Positions 40,431-50,023 of a DNA stretch of 64,000 nucleotides are shown in pieces. Source of the DNA: Bdellovibrionota bacterium. GTDB taxonomy: Bacteria; Bdellovibrionota_C; UBA2361; OMII01. The notes under the pieces were generated by a model. That model searched no databases, was not told where the DNA came from, and saw only the letters and a list, made by a program, of their open reading frames with translations. Numbering within the stretch: the first letter of the stretch is position 1; each line of letters starts with the position of its first letter. The stretch covers positions 30,315-94,314 of the forward strand of contig JBILEW010000001.1 of the NCBI GenBank assembly GCA_044351885.1, read 5' to 3'. The position numbers and the translations under genes were made by a program.

Positions 40431-42344
40431 CTAGCCCGCTGCGCGCGAGCTTTTGGTGTTTCGTCGAACTGCCGCTAGTTGGCGCGCCGCGCGCGCTGCC
40501 GTCCTCTTTTCCTGGACGTAAGACTTGAGCGCCTTGACGTCTACTACCGCTGAAAACCGGTCCTTGAAGGGCATGAACGGATAGTTCTGGATATCGACCT
40601 GTTCCGGGAGCTTGCGATACGCATAGCTATCAGGGGACCTTGAGGTGAGCTCCTTCATGAGCCCCTCGAACGGCGGGAAGAAGGTCAGCTTGGGAAGCAC
40701 CTGCGGATAAAAATCCCCGCGCTTGAATATGAAGTAGTCAATTCCCTCCGGCTCAAGCAACGCCAGAAGCTCCTCGAGAGTGGCGCTGTAGTGAGCGCGA
40801 AGAACTATCTCGTTTCGTCGCTTCATCTCTGCGTAGTAACGCGTGTAGAACGGATGCGTCGTTTCGGTCGTCACGTAGGCCTTACGCATACCGAACAACT
40901 GAACCCCATCGATATGGGTTGGATGGCCCGCTACGAGCGACTCCTCGGGGGTGTTGTCTTTGAGCCATTCGAAGACCTCTCCCTTCTTGTCCGAGGGATA
41001 GTTGAAATTGAGGGTACCACTCAGCCCTTTGCCAGAGCCAGCAAAGACAAACGCGCCGATACACACGAGGCTGAGCACGCTCGGCCATGCCCATCGTACA
41101 CGAGTATCCCTTACCCCACCCTCCACGCTATCGGATGTATCTTTACCAAGATGCAAGGCGCGCCAACCTCCAACGGTAAAGGCCACCACGAAGAACATCG
41201 CCAATGGGATCTGAAGATGCCGATTGGGCACGTACAACCAGAAAGCGAACTGTCGAGAGAGAAAATAGACGATGAGCGCGGAACACCCGAAGATAACCAC
41301 TTCTGCTGGAAGAGCCACACGTCGACGCACCAAACCGATCCCTGCCAACAACACGAGAGCGCCGACTACGACGTAAGGAAGCATCTGCTTGAACGAAGGA
41401 TTAGGCTTGAAGAAGCGCCCAGTGAAAGCTTCAAGCCCTACCACGCGTATCTCAGAAGCGGCCGAGTTGAAGGGGATGAAAGGGAAGCGCCCATAGGGCC
41501 GAGAAAATTCCGGCATCTGTGCAGCCTCAGAGTACGAGACCATCTGCCCTACGTGGGCTGGCCTATGAACAACCGCAAGCGTCACTATTGCGAAGAAAGG
41601 CGCCAGAAGCACGTAGTTGACGAGCCTCTTGGTGTACACAGCACGTTCTGCACCCGACAGGGAAGCCGTTCTCCAGATCAGGAGTAGCCCATAGCTCATC
41701 GCCACCACCAAGGTCGCAGGCGGATTGAGAAGGCATCCCGCCAAAATTGTCAGTAGCACCGCACGGTGATTTCCCTTGAATGCAAAATACAGAAAAGCGG
41801 CGAACACAGGGGCCGACCACCCTCGCGGCAACCCTCCGGTGAGCCGCTGCATCAGGTTACGAGAGTGCAACAGCCACGTAACTGCTAAGAGTGCGGCCGC
41901 ACTTCCAGACACTGCTCGCACCGCCGCAAAAAGGAACCCCACGGTCAGAGCAACCTGAAGCAACATTACCCAGTGACCTGTCATTATGGGATCGTGAGTG
42001 AGGAGCGTGATCGCGTACGAAATCCAGTAGTGCGCTGGCGCAAGATACCCCTTCATCACGTCGGTGATGAGATCTCCCTCGAAGATGCCAGGATGAGTCA
42101 CCTCGTGGAAGGGATAACTCTGTTGGAGCGCATCATCGGTCGTCCAGCCGGGATGAAACCAATACTCAGAGATACCGCTGTAGAAGGCGTACGCATACGC
42201 GATGAGGAGGGCAGCACTTAGCACCGTACTTAGGGAGAGATCCAGCTTCCACCACGATGCCGTCTTGACCTCGGCAGTCGCGTCTATGCGTCTCAGCTCG
42301 CTAGTCTCAGAGAGCGTTGGTTTTTTGAGAGCTACTTGAGCCAT
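40431..42344 (-). CDS. Polytopic membrane protein (second large envelope protein, function unknown)
   Basis: Start set at MAQVALKK (42344) preceded by AGGAGAG Shine-Dalgarno. Many TM helices. ~170-aa C-terminal soluble tail. Same strand and directly adjacent to the GT-C-like gene. Confidence 0.55.
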   Translation of the reverse strand: MAQVALKKPTLSETSELRRIDATAEVKTASWWKLDLSLSTVLSAALLIAYAYAFYSGISEYWFHPGWTTDDALQQSYPFHEVTHPGIFEGDLITDVMKGYLAPAHYWISYAITLLTHDPIMTGHWVMLLQVALTVGFLFAAVRAVSGSAAALLAVTWLLHSRNLMQRLTGGLPRGWSAPVFAAFLYFAFKGNHRAVLLTILAGCLLNPPATLVVAMSYGLLLIWRTASLSGAERAVYTKRLVNYVLLAPFFAIVTLAVVHRPAHVGQMVSYSEAAQMPEFSRPYGRFPFIPFNSAASEIRVVGLEAFTGRFFKPNPSFKQMLPYVVVGALVLLAGIGLVRRRVALPAEVVIFGCSALIVYFLSRQFAFWLYVPNRHLQIPLAMFFVVAFTVGGWRALHLGKDTSDSVEGGVRDTRVRWAWPSVLSLVCIGAFVFAGSGKGLSGTLNFNYPSDKKGEVFEWLKDNTPEESLVAGHPTHIDGVQLFGMRKAYVTTETTHPFYTRYYAEMKRRNEIVLRAHYSATLEELLALLEPEGIDYFIFKRGDFYPQVLPKLTFFPPFEGLMKELTSRSPDSYAYRKLPEQVDIQNYPFMPFKDRFSAVVDVKALKSYVQEKRTAARAARQLAAVRRNTKSSRAAG

Positions 42345-42575
42345 CCTGGCTCTCCTGTCGAAAAAGACCCGCGGGCACAGACCGGCACCACCCACAGAAA
42401 CTTGAAAGTTTGTTCTATATCAAACTCTTACCCAGACCTCACGATACCCTCGAGGTCGTCTTTAGTCAAAATCCAATTCGACTAGATCACTTCTAATCAC
42501 CCCTATTTCTGGGATAGCGCCGTATCAAGAAAGACCTTATACATACAGCTGTCGAAGCCTTACGGTGATTGCATC

Positions 42576-43133
42576 ATGAAAACCCTCTCTCTTTCCTCCC
42601 TTCTTTGCGGAACTCTCATAGCCTTCGCGGCCGCTTGTGGTGGTGGCGGCGGAGGCGGCGACGACTTCGTCGGAGCGGCCACGGTTGGTATCACACTGCA
42701 ACCATCGAGTATCGACTCTGGCGACCGCACACAGGTGACGGTCGACATCGGAGACGTTCACGATAACGGAATCGCCTTGAAGATTCGATTCCCCAACGGC
42801 CTGCGTTACGTACCCTCATCAGCGAGCCTCCTCGTCGATGAGCAACAAACCAAATTGACCCCCACGGTTAATGCGCTCGCCGAAGACGAGAACTCTATTT
42901 ATCTCGTATTCTACCTCTCCCAATCCCTCTTCAGCTCCTCGGGAGACGAGTACAACGGACAGGTGGGAACCCTCAGGCTCCAGCTTGAGGGGCGCAAGGC
43001 GGTCAAGGACGGCACCGTAGAGGTGGATGCCGATGTGGACGATCCTCAGGAGAGCAACGATAGCGAGTTCTCTATCAGCACTCCCGAGTTCGCTGCCGAG
43101 GATGAGGCCTCGATTGAAGTTATCGAGGGATAG
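42576..43133 (+). CDS. Acidic lipoprotein of unknown function
   Basis: Signal peptide with lipobox LIAFAAAC followed by a Gly run. Mature protein rich in D/E. Confidence 0.6.
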   Translation: MKTLSLSSLLCGTLIAFAAACGGGGGGGDDFVGAATVGITLQPSSIDSGDRTQVTVDIGDVHDNGIALKIRFPNGLRYVPSSASLLVDEQQTKLTPTVNALAEDENSIYLVFYLSQSLFSSSGDEYNGQVGTLRLQLEGRKAVKDGTVEVDADVDDPQESNDSEFSISTPEFAAEDEASIEVIEG

Positions 43134-43239
43134 CGGTAGTTATCGTTGCAGCCGCGCCCTCCTTCTACTATCCTTAGGGCCGTTACGTCCGGTACTTGAT
43201 CGGACGGCGAGACACCTCTACGTATAGAAGAGTCATCCT

Positions 43240-44556
43240 GTGGGACAGCATCGTCAAATTATCCTCGAGCACATTCACCAAACCGATCAACACACCCTAG
43301 CCGGATACGAATCCCGAGGTGGGTACGAAGCCGTGCGAAAAGCGCTGTCGATGGACCCGGCTGCGATAATCGAGGAGGTCAAGAAATCAGGCCTCAGGGG
43401 CCGCGGAGGCGCGGGCTTTCCAGCCGGACAGAAGTGGAGCTTTGTGCCGCGCAACACAGGTAAGCCCACCTACATAGTCTGCAATGCGGACGAGAGTGAG
43501 CCAGGCACCTTCAAGGACAGGCTCGTCCTCGAAAGAACCCCACACTCCATAATCGAAGGGATGATGGTTGCGGCCCTCGCAGTGCAGAGCAATTGGATGT
43601 GCGTGTACATCCGAGGAGAGTATGCGTATCCCTACACTCGCCTCAAAGAGGCTGTAAGGGAGTGCTACGCAAAGGGCTATCTCGGAAACAACATATTCGG
43701 GAGCGGCTATTCGCTCAACCTCGTGGTCCATCGCGGAGCCGGTGCGTACATCTGCGGCGAAGAGACAGGACTATTAGAATCGCTCGAAGGCAAGAAGGGA
43801 CAACCACGCCTGAAGCCTCCCTACTTTCCAGCCACGATGGGTTTGTACTACTCACCCACCATTTTGAACAACGTCGAGACATTCGCTGCTGTGCCGTGGA
43901 TCATCCGGAATGGTGCGGATGCATACGCTGCTATCGGCACCGAGAAATCTAAGGGCACAAAGCTCATCTCGGCATCGGGCCACATCAACAAGCCAGGCGT
44001 GTACGAAATCGAGATGGGATACCCTTTCAAGCGATTTCTCGAAGAAGAATGCGGTGGCATGCTCAATGGCCGCAAGATGAAAGCGGTCATTCCTGGCGGC
44101 TCGTCCGTTCCTATCCTGCGCGCCGAGGATATCGAGGACGCAACGATGGACTACGAGGGATGGAACAAGCTGGGAACATTCCTCGGTTCGGGAGGCGTCA
44201 TAGTAATCGATGATTCTGTCGACATGGTCGACGCAATCTACAACCTCACTCACTTCTACGCACATGAATCCTGCGGCCAGTGCACCCCGTGTCGTGAGGG
44301 TGGACACTGGACCGAGAAGACCTTTGGTCGAATCGTCAACGGCGGGGGACTCCCCGGAGATCTCGAGCTTATCGACACTGTAATCAATCAGATTGCAGGT
44401 CATACGATATGCTTTCTGGGAGACTCTATCGCTATGCCGGTGCGGAGCTTCACAACAAAGTTCAAAGATGAATTTCGGCAGAAAATCCTCGATGCCGCCG
44501 AAGGGAAGACTCAAGCAACAGAGCGGCTCAATGCGGATTTTGGCGACCTCACCTAA
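43240..44556 (+). CDS. nuoF: NADH-quinone oxidoreductase subunit F homolog (51-kDa FMN/NADH-binding subunit), orphan
   Basis: [35 protein letters not shown] (FMN site), [12 protein letters not shown] (4Fe-4S). No nuoE or other nuo genes adjacent. Confidence 0.85.
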   Translation: MGQHRQIILEHIHQTDQHTLAGYESRGGYEAVRKALSMDPAAIIEEVKKSGLRGRGGAGFPAGQKWSFVPRNTGKPTYIVCNADESEPGTFKDRLVLERTPHSIIEGMMVAALAVQSNWMCVYIRGEYAYPYTRLKEAVRECYAKGYLGNNIFGSGYSLNLVVHRGAGAYICGEETGLLESLEGKKGQPRLKPPYFPATMGLYYSPTILNNVETFAAVPWIIRNGADAYAAIGTEKSKGTKLISASGHINKPGVYEIEMGYPFKRFLEEECGGMLNGRKMKAVIPGGSSVPILRAEDIEDATMDYEGWNKLGTFLGSGGVIVIDDSVDMVDAIYNLTHFYAHESCGQCTPCREGGHWTEKTFGRIVNGGGLPGDLELIDTVINQIAGHTICFLGDSIAMPVRSFTTKFKDEFRQKILDAAEGKTQATERLNADFGDLT

Positions 44557-45415
44557 CTCGTTGGCGAGGGGCTTGCGCTGCACACTCGCGGCGCTGGTGC
44601 TTTTCTCTGTTGAGCTTACCACAACAACTTCTGCCGCCTTCGCGCAAAAGGTCCCCGAATCGATCCCTTGGCAGGAGATCGGCCCAGGACTGGAGACCGC
44701 CCGATTCAATTTCAACGTGGGGGCAGTCTTCTCGTCAGCTATTGTTTTGGTCAGAGGACATCTACAGAACTACCGTGTCCAAGTGATACGTGCGGCAGAA
44801 TTCGGTTGGAAACGTGCTCCGGTTCGCTCTTTGTGCCGACTCAGCGGTGCGCGGGTGTGCATCAACAGCAATTTCTTCGACGAGCAGGGCAAACCTCTTG
44901 GTGTCGTGATCAACCGGGGGATCCTTCACAGCAGAGCGCACCTAGGAGGAGGAACCTTAACGGCAGTTTTGTATGCAACACCTAAGGAGCTTCGTATCGT
45001 ACATCGCGACAGTTTTTCGACTCACGGGGTCGTCGAAGCGACGCAAGCCGGTCCGCGGCTGCTCGCTAACGGACACGCGGTCCAGGGCATCAGAACCTCT
45101 ATCCTGTCATCCAACCTCTCGGGCAGTTGCATCGATCGCGCCGGAAGATTCATCGTGTACAGAGTCGCGTCGGGCATGTTCGGCTGTACCGCTCTTCAGC
45201 TTCAGGAACTCCTGACTCATCCGGCGATCGACTGCATGGACGCAATTAATTTCGACGGCGGCGGCTCCTCCCAGCTTTTCATAAGCGGTCAAGAATCAGG
45301 ACCTACCGGCCCCCTTCAAGAGGAAAACTACCAAGGGGAAGACGATATACCTGTTGCTATCGGTCTGTTTCAGAACTCTCTGCCTCCTAATTCAGAGCTC
45401 CAACCAGCGCCCTAG
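44531..45415 (+). CDS. Phosphodiester glycosidase family protein (NAGPA-like, DUF2233)
   Basis: Signal peptide [27 protein letters not shown]...AFAQ. Conserved INFDGGGSSQLF block. An alternative TTG start at 44561 lies 4 nt after the nuoF stop. Confidence 0.65.
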   Translation: MRILATSPNSLARGLRCTLAALVLFSVELTTTTSAAFAQKVPESIPWQEIGPGLETARFNFNVGAVFSSAIVLVRGHLQNYRVQVIRAAEFGWKRAPVRSLCRLSGARVCINSNFFDEQGKPLGVVINRGILHSRAHLGGGTLTAVLYATPKELRIVHRDSFSTHGVVEATQAGPRLLANGHAVQGIRTSILSSNLSGSCIDRAGRFIVYRVASGMFGCTALQLQELLTHPAIDCMDAINFDGGGSSQLFISGQESGPTGPLQEENYQGEDDIPVAIGLFQNSLPPNSELQPAP

Positions 45416-45603
45416 CTCGACCTCTAGATAACATTTCCTCTTCCTCAGATGCTCGAAAAGGGCGAGAACTTTCAGGTGGATGTGCAACCTGACAGGGGGA
45501 GAAATTGCGTGTGTAGCACCCTATGATCTCAACAGATTCTAGGTTGACACAAAAGGTTTGTGCGCAGTACCGTGCTTAAACCAACTTGTACTTATTTTAG
45601 CTG

Positions 45604-46152
45604 TTGCAGTGTTGTAAACGGCTTTCTCGAGGCCAACGAATGATTGTTCACATGTTAGACCGAGAGTTTACCGCGAAAGAGGTTCAACAGATCCTACGAA
45701 CCTTGACCACTGGCAACGAAAAGATCGGCCTAGCTCTCCTCAACTACTACGCCCGCACCAATCTCGTCCCTACTACCGGGAAATCGAAAAGCCGCGGACG
45801 CCCCAAGTATTCGTATGCGGATCTCATTCTGCTGTGCTGGCTCTTTCGAATGAAGCGTGAAGGCCTGCCGGTCAACCGCTTCCGCAGAGGTATCGATTAC
45901 CTGCGCAAAAAGCTCCCCAAACTGCACAAGAACCCGAGTGACATGGTGCTGCTTACGGATAGCAAGCAGCTCTTCATTAAGCACAGGGTTCAAGACAAAG
46001 GAGAGATCGCAGAGGTTCTTACCGGCAAAAAAGCTGGCCAGTACGTGTGGGCATATGCGATTGGCTCTCTTATTGAGGAAGTCGATCGAATCATTTCAGA
46101 ACTCTCCGCCGGCGAGCCTGAAGCCGAATCCGCGGGTAAGGTGGCGGCATAA
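45604..46152 (+). CDS. Hypothetical DNA-binding protein with MerR-like N-terminal segment
   Basis: FTAKEVQQIL...EKIGLALLNYYARTNLVPTTGKSKSRGRPKYSYADLILLCWLFRMKREGLPVNRFRRGIDYL resembles the MerR HTH plus wing and helix. A more likely start is 45640 or 45652. Confidence 0.5.
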   Translation: MQCCKRLSRGQRMIVHMLDREFTAKEVQQILRTLTTGNEKIGLALLNYYARTNLVPTTGKSKSRGRPKYSYADLILLCWLFRMKREGLPVNRFRRGIDYLRKKLPKLHKNPSDMVLLTDSKQLFIKHRVQDKGEIAEVLTGKKAGQYVWAYAIGSLIEEVDRIISELSAGEPEAESAGKVAA

Positions 46153-46226
46153 GAAGAGAGGTCGAACGTCTCGACAAACCGAAGTGGAGTGCTCTAGACT
46201 AGCGCTCACTTCAGTGGGAGTTTCTT

Positions 46227-46385
46227 ATGAGCAAAGCAAACACGATAAAGCAGATCTTCGAGCTTCTGATGGAACGCAAGGCCTGGTGGCTGGTGCCGAT
46301 GGTTACGGTCTTCATCCTCATCAGCATTCTCATCGTGGCGACTCAAGGGTCAGCCCTTTCGCCGTTCATCTACGCGCTTTTCTAA
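46227..46385 (+). CDS. 52-aa small membrane protein, DUF5989-like (absent from the ORF track because <60 aa)
   Basis: MSKANTIKQIFELLMERKAWWLVPMVTVFILISILIVATQGSALSPFIYALF. GGGAG Shine-Dalgarno 8 nt upstream. The C-terminal GSAxSPFIYxLF and KxWWL motifs match the DUF5989 micro-protein family as recalled. Confidence 0.65.
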   Translation: MSKANTIKQIFELLMERKAWWLVPMVTVFILISILIVATQGSALSPFIYALF

Positions 46386-46400
46386 TAGTTTAGAAACACC

Positions 46401-46437
46401 AGGTGAGGCCGACCTCCGTGTCTGGCCTCACCTTTAT
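46401..46437. terminator. Bidirectional rho-independent terminator
   Basis: Perfect 10-bp stem AGGTGAGGCC / GGCCTCACCT with a 13-nt loop and T-tracts on both sides, between the convergent DUF5989-like gene (plus) and ORF 46548..47075 (minus). Confidence 0.75.
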
Positions 46438-46547
46438 CAGTGCCAACGACCACAGAGAACGCCCTCTCTGAAGCCATTTCGGGAAAGCTTACCATCTTTC
46501 GAGCCCGTCCATGGACGCGAAGAGAGGGCATCTGTGATCTGAAAATT

Positions 46548-47075
46548 CTACGGCCCTGCTCCGTGCTGCATACTCGTACGTGGAGTACGACCTCCACCCC
46601 GCTTGCGATTCTTCTGAGGAGCACCTGTGAGCGCTTGCTCTTTGGCACGCTTGAGCTCGTGAGGCAATCTCCATCCTCCAGGCTTTGGCTGCTCGTCGAC
46701 ACCAAAGAGAAGCTGATTCGATCGCTCGTAATCGATCAGGGCCTCGACGAAGCTCCGAGTAGAGCGCAGCGAGTATTCGGTTACAAAGAACTTCAAGGAG
46801 CGATGGGAATGCGCCATGGCACGCCGTATATCTCGATCAACGGGAACCATATTGTCACCGTTATCGACGAAAGCCTGCCGGAAACGATCGGCCAACTCTT
46901 CGACAGTCGTGAGATCCTCCCACTCCATCAGTTCGATGACCCGGTGAGCGCGTGTTCGTTTGCCTTCACGTAAAACGATGAAGCGTGCCACGAACGCGGT
47001 TCTCCGCGCACGTAAAATAGCCTTCTCCATCTCCTGAAGATCGGAGTGCTCGGTTTCGATTATTTCAGTTTCCAT
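46548..47075 (-). CDS. Hypothetical protein (175 aa)
   Basis: Preferred over the overlapping plus-strand ORF 46440..46973 because it terminates upstream of the shared terminator and is divergent from the ribBA-like gene. No motif recognised. Confidence 0.4.
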   Translation of the reverse strand: METEIIETEHSDLQEMEKAILRARRTAFVARFIVLREGKRTRAHRVIELMEWEDLTTVEELADRFRQAFVDNGDNMVPVDRDIRRAMAHSHRSLKFFVTEYSLRSTRSFVEALIDYERSNQLLFGVDEQPKPGGWRLPHELKRAKEQALTGAPQKNRKRGGGRTPRTSMQHGAGP

Positions 47076-47273
47076 GTCGATACAACCTGACTACTTCTTA
47101 CTGAACAACTGAAGAACAACAAAGTGAACTTCCTTGGACTAGTACTATCTTCGACCCGCTCCCCGTAAACCTTAAACGTTATCTCACAGGGGACAATAAG
47201 TTATTGCACATCAGATACTTAGAGAGATCTAGCACGCCCACTTACGCAACTTATTTGAAAAGCAAGCACGTCG

Positions 47274-48491
47274 TTGATGCAAACGACTACCTACGCACAT
47301 CTCTGCAAAAGTGACACTCGAAGCAAATTTTGGTGTAATCCCCGCATGCCCAAAACACCCTCATTCGTCTCTCTTTTTTCGCAGAATCGGCTTGTTATTT
47401 TGATCGATGACGCGGGGAGCAGCTCCAGGGCTGCCTTGGTTGCACCCGCTTCGAACTCGCATAGCGAGGAGGTAAATCGGGTGCTGCAGCTATCAGGAGG
47501 GCTCACTTTCGTGGCCTTGTCGCCCGAAAGAGCATCAGCCCTCCTCCTGCACAACATGACCCGGCCGAATGTCGGAGAGAAACTCCCCTCACCCAGCGTT
47601 CTCATGTCCCAGTACACCTCCGTTGAGGCTCGCGAAGGAATTACTACGGGCATCAGTGCTGCAGACCGCGCTACCACCATTGCTATTCTCGGCGCCGAAC
47701 AGCCTCAGCCACGCGCACTGGTAAAACCGGGGCACATCTTTCCAGTCGAAACTCGAGACGGTGGCGTACTCGTCAAATTGGCTATACCAGAGGGCGCAGT
47801 TGACCTCGCCCGACTCGCAGGATTTACCGATGCAGCTCTGTTCGTCGACCTTCTCAACGAACAAGGAGAACTCATGAGCGCCGAACAAGCGCGCGCATTC
47901 GGCGAGACACACGACATTGCAGTCACATCGCTGACCGAGCTAATCACTCACCGCTTGGAACGTGAGCCACTGATTACAAGAGTGGCAGAGGCTCGTCTTC
48001 CGACAACTCTCGCGGGTGAGGTAAGGGCCATCGTATACCGCTCACGTATTCACGATGTCGAACACATCGCGCTTGTCAAAGGGGAGGTTCAAGGAGAAGA
48101 TCCTGTCCTCGTTCGTGTGCAAGCCGAGAGCACAGTTACGGACGTCTTCGGCGGAAACGCCCCGAGCTCGCGTCTGCATCTGCAAAACGCGCTGCGAGCG
48201 ATAGGGTATCGATCTCGAGGCGTCTTCTTGTACCTGAGACGTCCCTTTATCGACGACAAGAGCACTAACGTACAATCCTTGGACGTATCAGATATTACAC
48301 TCGGGAGCGCACCTGCTATGATGCGTGAGTACGGAGTCGGTGCGCAGATATTACGCGATCTAGGTGTCTCGAAGATCGAATTGCTGACGGCTACACCGCG
48401 CGCACTCGTGGGTCTCTCGAGCTTCGGAATTCAAGTGCTGTCGCAACATTCAATCCCCGACCTATCTACATCTAAAGAGCACGTCGTATGA
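47274..48491 (+). CDS. RibBA-like protein (DHBP synthase + GTP cyclohydrolase II fold) with apparently degenerate active sites
   Basis: RibB-half blocks REGITTGISAADRATTIAIL, KPGHIFPVETRDGGVL, VDLARLAGF. RibA-half blocks GVFLYLRRP, ILRDLGVSKIELLT. The catalytic loops are replaced: DDAGSSSRAAL instead of DDEDRENEGDL; no Cys triad (QAESTVTD...NAPSS instead of HSECLTGD...RCDCG). Confidence 0.75.
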   Translation: MMQTTTYAHLCKSDTRSKFWCNPRMPKTPSFVSLFSQNRLVILIDDAGSSSRAALVAPASNSHSEEVNRVLQLSGGLTFVALSPERASALLLHNMTRPNVGEKLPSPSVLMSQYTSVEAREGITTGISAADRATTIAILGAEQPQPRALVKPGHIFPVETRDGGVLVKLAIPEGAVDLARLAGFTDAALFVDLLNEQGELMSAEQARAFGETHDIAVTSLTELITHRLEREPLITRVAEARLPTTLAGEVRAIVYRSRIHDVEHIALVKGEVQGEDPVLVRVQAESTVTDVFGGNAPSSRLHLQNALRAIGYRSRGVFLYLRRPFIDDKSTNVQSLDVSDITLGSAPAMMREYGVGAQILRDLGVSKIELLTATPRALVGLSSFGIQVLSQHSIPDLSTSKEHVV

Positions 48492-49756
48492 GTGACATTT
48501 CCTTCGCCGATGTCGTCCACCAGTCGATCTCTTTCTCAACCACAGATCCGGCAGAAAAACTGGTTTTAGACCTGATCGATAGCCGTTGGTTCCAACGACT
48601 ACGCGACATCAGCCAAACAGCCAATACACGTCTCGTGTACATGTTCTCGGAGCATTCGCGCTTTGGCCACTGTCTTGGCGTAGCGTACCTTGCGAAGCTG
48701 GCCCTGAGGAAACTCGCAGATCGCCATCTTCGTGACGTCGAGCTGTGGAGACCTGCAATCTTAGTTGCTGCGCTTTTGCACGACATTGGCCATCTTGCAC
48801 CAGGTTCGCACACTGCATTCAAGACCTGGTTTCCCGGACAACCGGACTGTCACGAGGCCCTGGCGCATATCGTTATCAACGAGGATACCCAGATCCGATC
48901 CCTGCTGGACACCTACTCTACAGAACTCAGACGTAACGTTCTCGGTATCCTCGATGAATCGGAAACTGTCCCCGCATGGACGTGGCAGCTCATTTCTGGC
49001 GGGGGATGGAACGTCGATCGGGGAAATTGGTCTGCCGTCGACAGTATCCTCGCGGGTGTCAGTTACGGCATGTACAACATTCCGGCTCTCGTCGAATCAA
49101 TCCTCATCACCGAGGACAAACGGCTTGCTCTGATGGAAAACCGACTCGATGCCATGATGCATTTCATGGTGTCCCGACATGCCATGTATCGGCAAGTCTA
49201 CCAGCATCGAGTACTTCTAGCCTCTGACATGCTCAACAAAGCCGTAGTGCAACGAGCGAGAGACCTCGGTGGCATGCTCGAGTTCGCAGACGACGTGATG
49301 AAAGCGGCGCTATCGGCACCTAACGCAGCCACGCTGTCCCTCGATGTCATGTTTCAAATGCGTGAAGCCTGGTGGCGCTACCATTTGATGCGCTGGGCAC
49401 AGAGCACTGACCCTGTATTGAGAGATCTCAGCGATCGAATACTGCATCGTAGACTCTTCAAAACAATTCGAATTGACGAACAGCACAAGCGAGAGCTGTC
49501 TGACAAGTCAGTCGAAGAGTGCCTTCAGAAACTGGGCTTTGATCCACGCTACTATCTCCACGAGATATCAACCGCCGACGTACATGCAGGCGACACGAGA
49601 CAGTCCATTATGGTACAGCTCGACACCGGAGAGATCAGCACCTTGAGCGAGACAGACCCCCTCTTCCAAGCCATGGTATCGGTCACCAAATTCTCGAAAC
49701 GCTCGTGGCTGGCACTGCCGAAGGAGGTCAAGGTCGAACTCGGGAGGCTCAGATGA
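48488..49756 (+). CDS. HD-domain phosphohydrolase, dGTP triphosphohydrolase-like
   Basis: FQRLRDISQ...SEHSRFGHCLGVAYLA...LLHDIGHLAPGSHT (H..HD motif). ATGA overlap with the ribBA-like stop. Confidence 0.8.
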   Translation: MSDISFADVVHQSISFSTTDPAEKLVLDLIDSRWFQRLRDISQTANTRLVYMFSEHSRFGHCLGVAYLAKLALRKLADRHLRDVELWRPAILVAALLHDIGHLAPGSHTAFKTWFPGQPDCHEALAHIVINEDTQIRSLLDTYSTELRRNVLGILDESETVPAWTWQLISGGGWNVDRGNWSAVDSILAGVSYGMYNIPALVESILITEDKRLALMENRLDAMMHFMVSRHAMYRQVYQHRVLLASDMLNKAVVQRARDLGGMLEFADDVMKAALSAPNAATLSLDVMFQMREAWWRYHLMRWAQSTDPVLRDLSDRILHRRLFKTIRIDEQHKRELSDKSVEECLQKLGFDPRYYLHEISTADVHAGDTRQSIMVQLDTGEISTLSETDPLFQAMVSVTKFSKRSWLALPKEVKVELGRLR

Positions 49757-49788
49757 CCGGGATTTCACGACTAGCCTAGACCTCGCCA

Positions 49789-49880
49789 GTGGACCGCAGA
49801 GCTTCCGCTCCGCTTGCCACCAGCACCACGATCCCAGCAGCAAGCGGACTAGAAAGTGCGTGCTCCAGTTGCTATCAGCG
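49789..49880 (+). repeat. Conserved ~90-nt structured element, copy B
   Basis: TGGACCGCAGAGCTTCCGCTCCGCTTGCCACCAGCACCACGATCCCAGCAGCAAGCGGACTAGAAAGTGCG... matches the reverse complement of 28655..28753. Begins 33 nt after the HD gene stop. Confidence 0.6.
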
Positions 49881-50023
49881 CCCTACCACTTGCCCGATTG
49901 CAGGGAGGCCTCGCCTCCCCGGAAACAGTGATCGCTCTCACCCTTCGTTCTTCTCGCAGATGACTACGGAGAGCGTAATGGTGTAGGCTACACATTCAGG
50001 ACAGCCCAGTTCGAGAGGAAAAC

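Noticed and set aside
46440-46973. 177-aa plus-strand ORF (GTG start) overlapping 46548..47075
   Set aside because: Starts immediately at the foot of the terminator hairpin with no promoter or SD space. The minus-strand ORF fits the terminator and divergent-promoter geometry better. Neither has recognisable motifs, so this choice is low-confidence.
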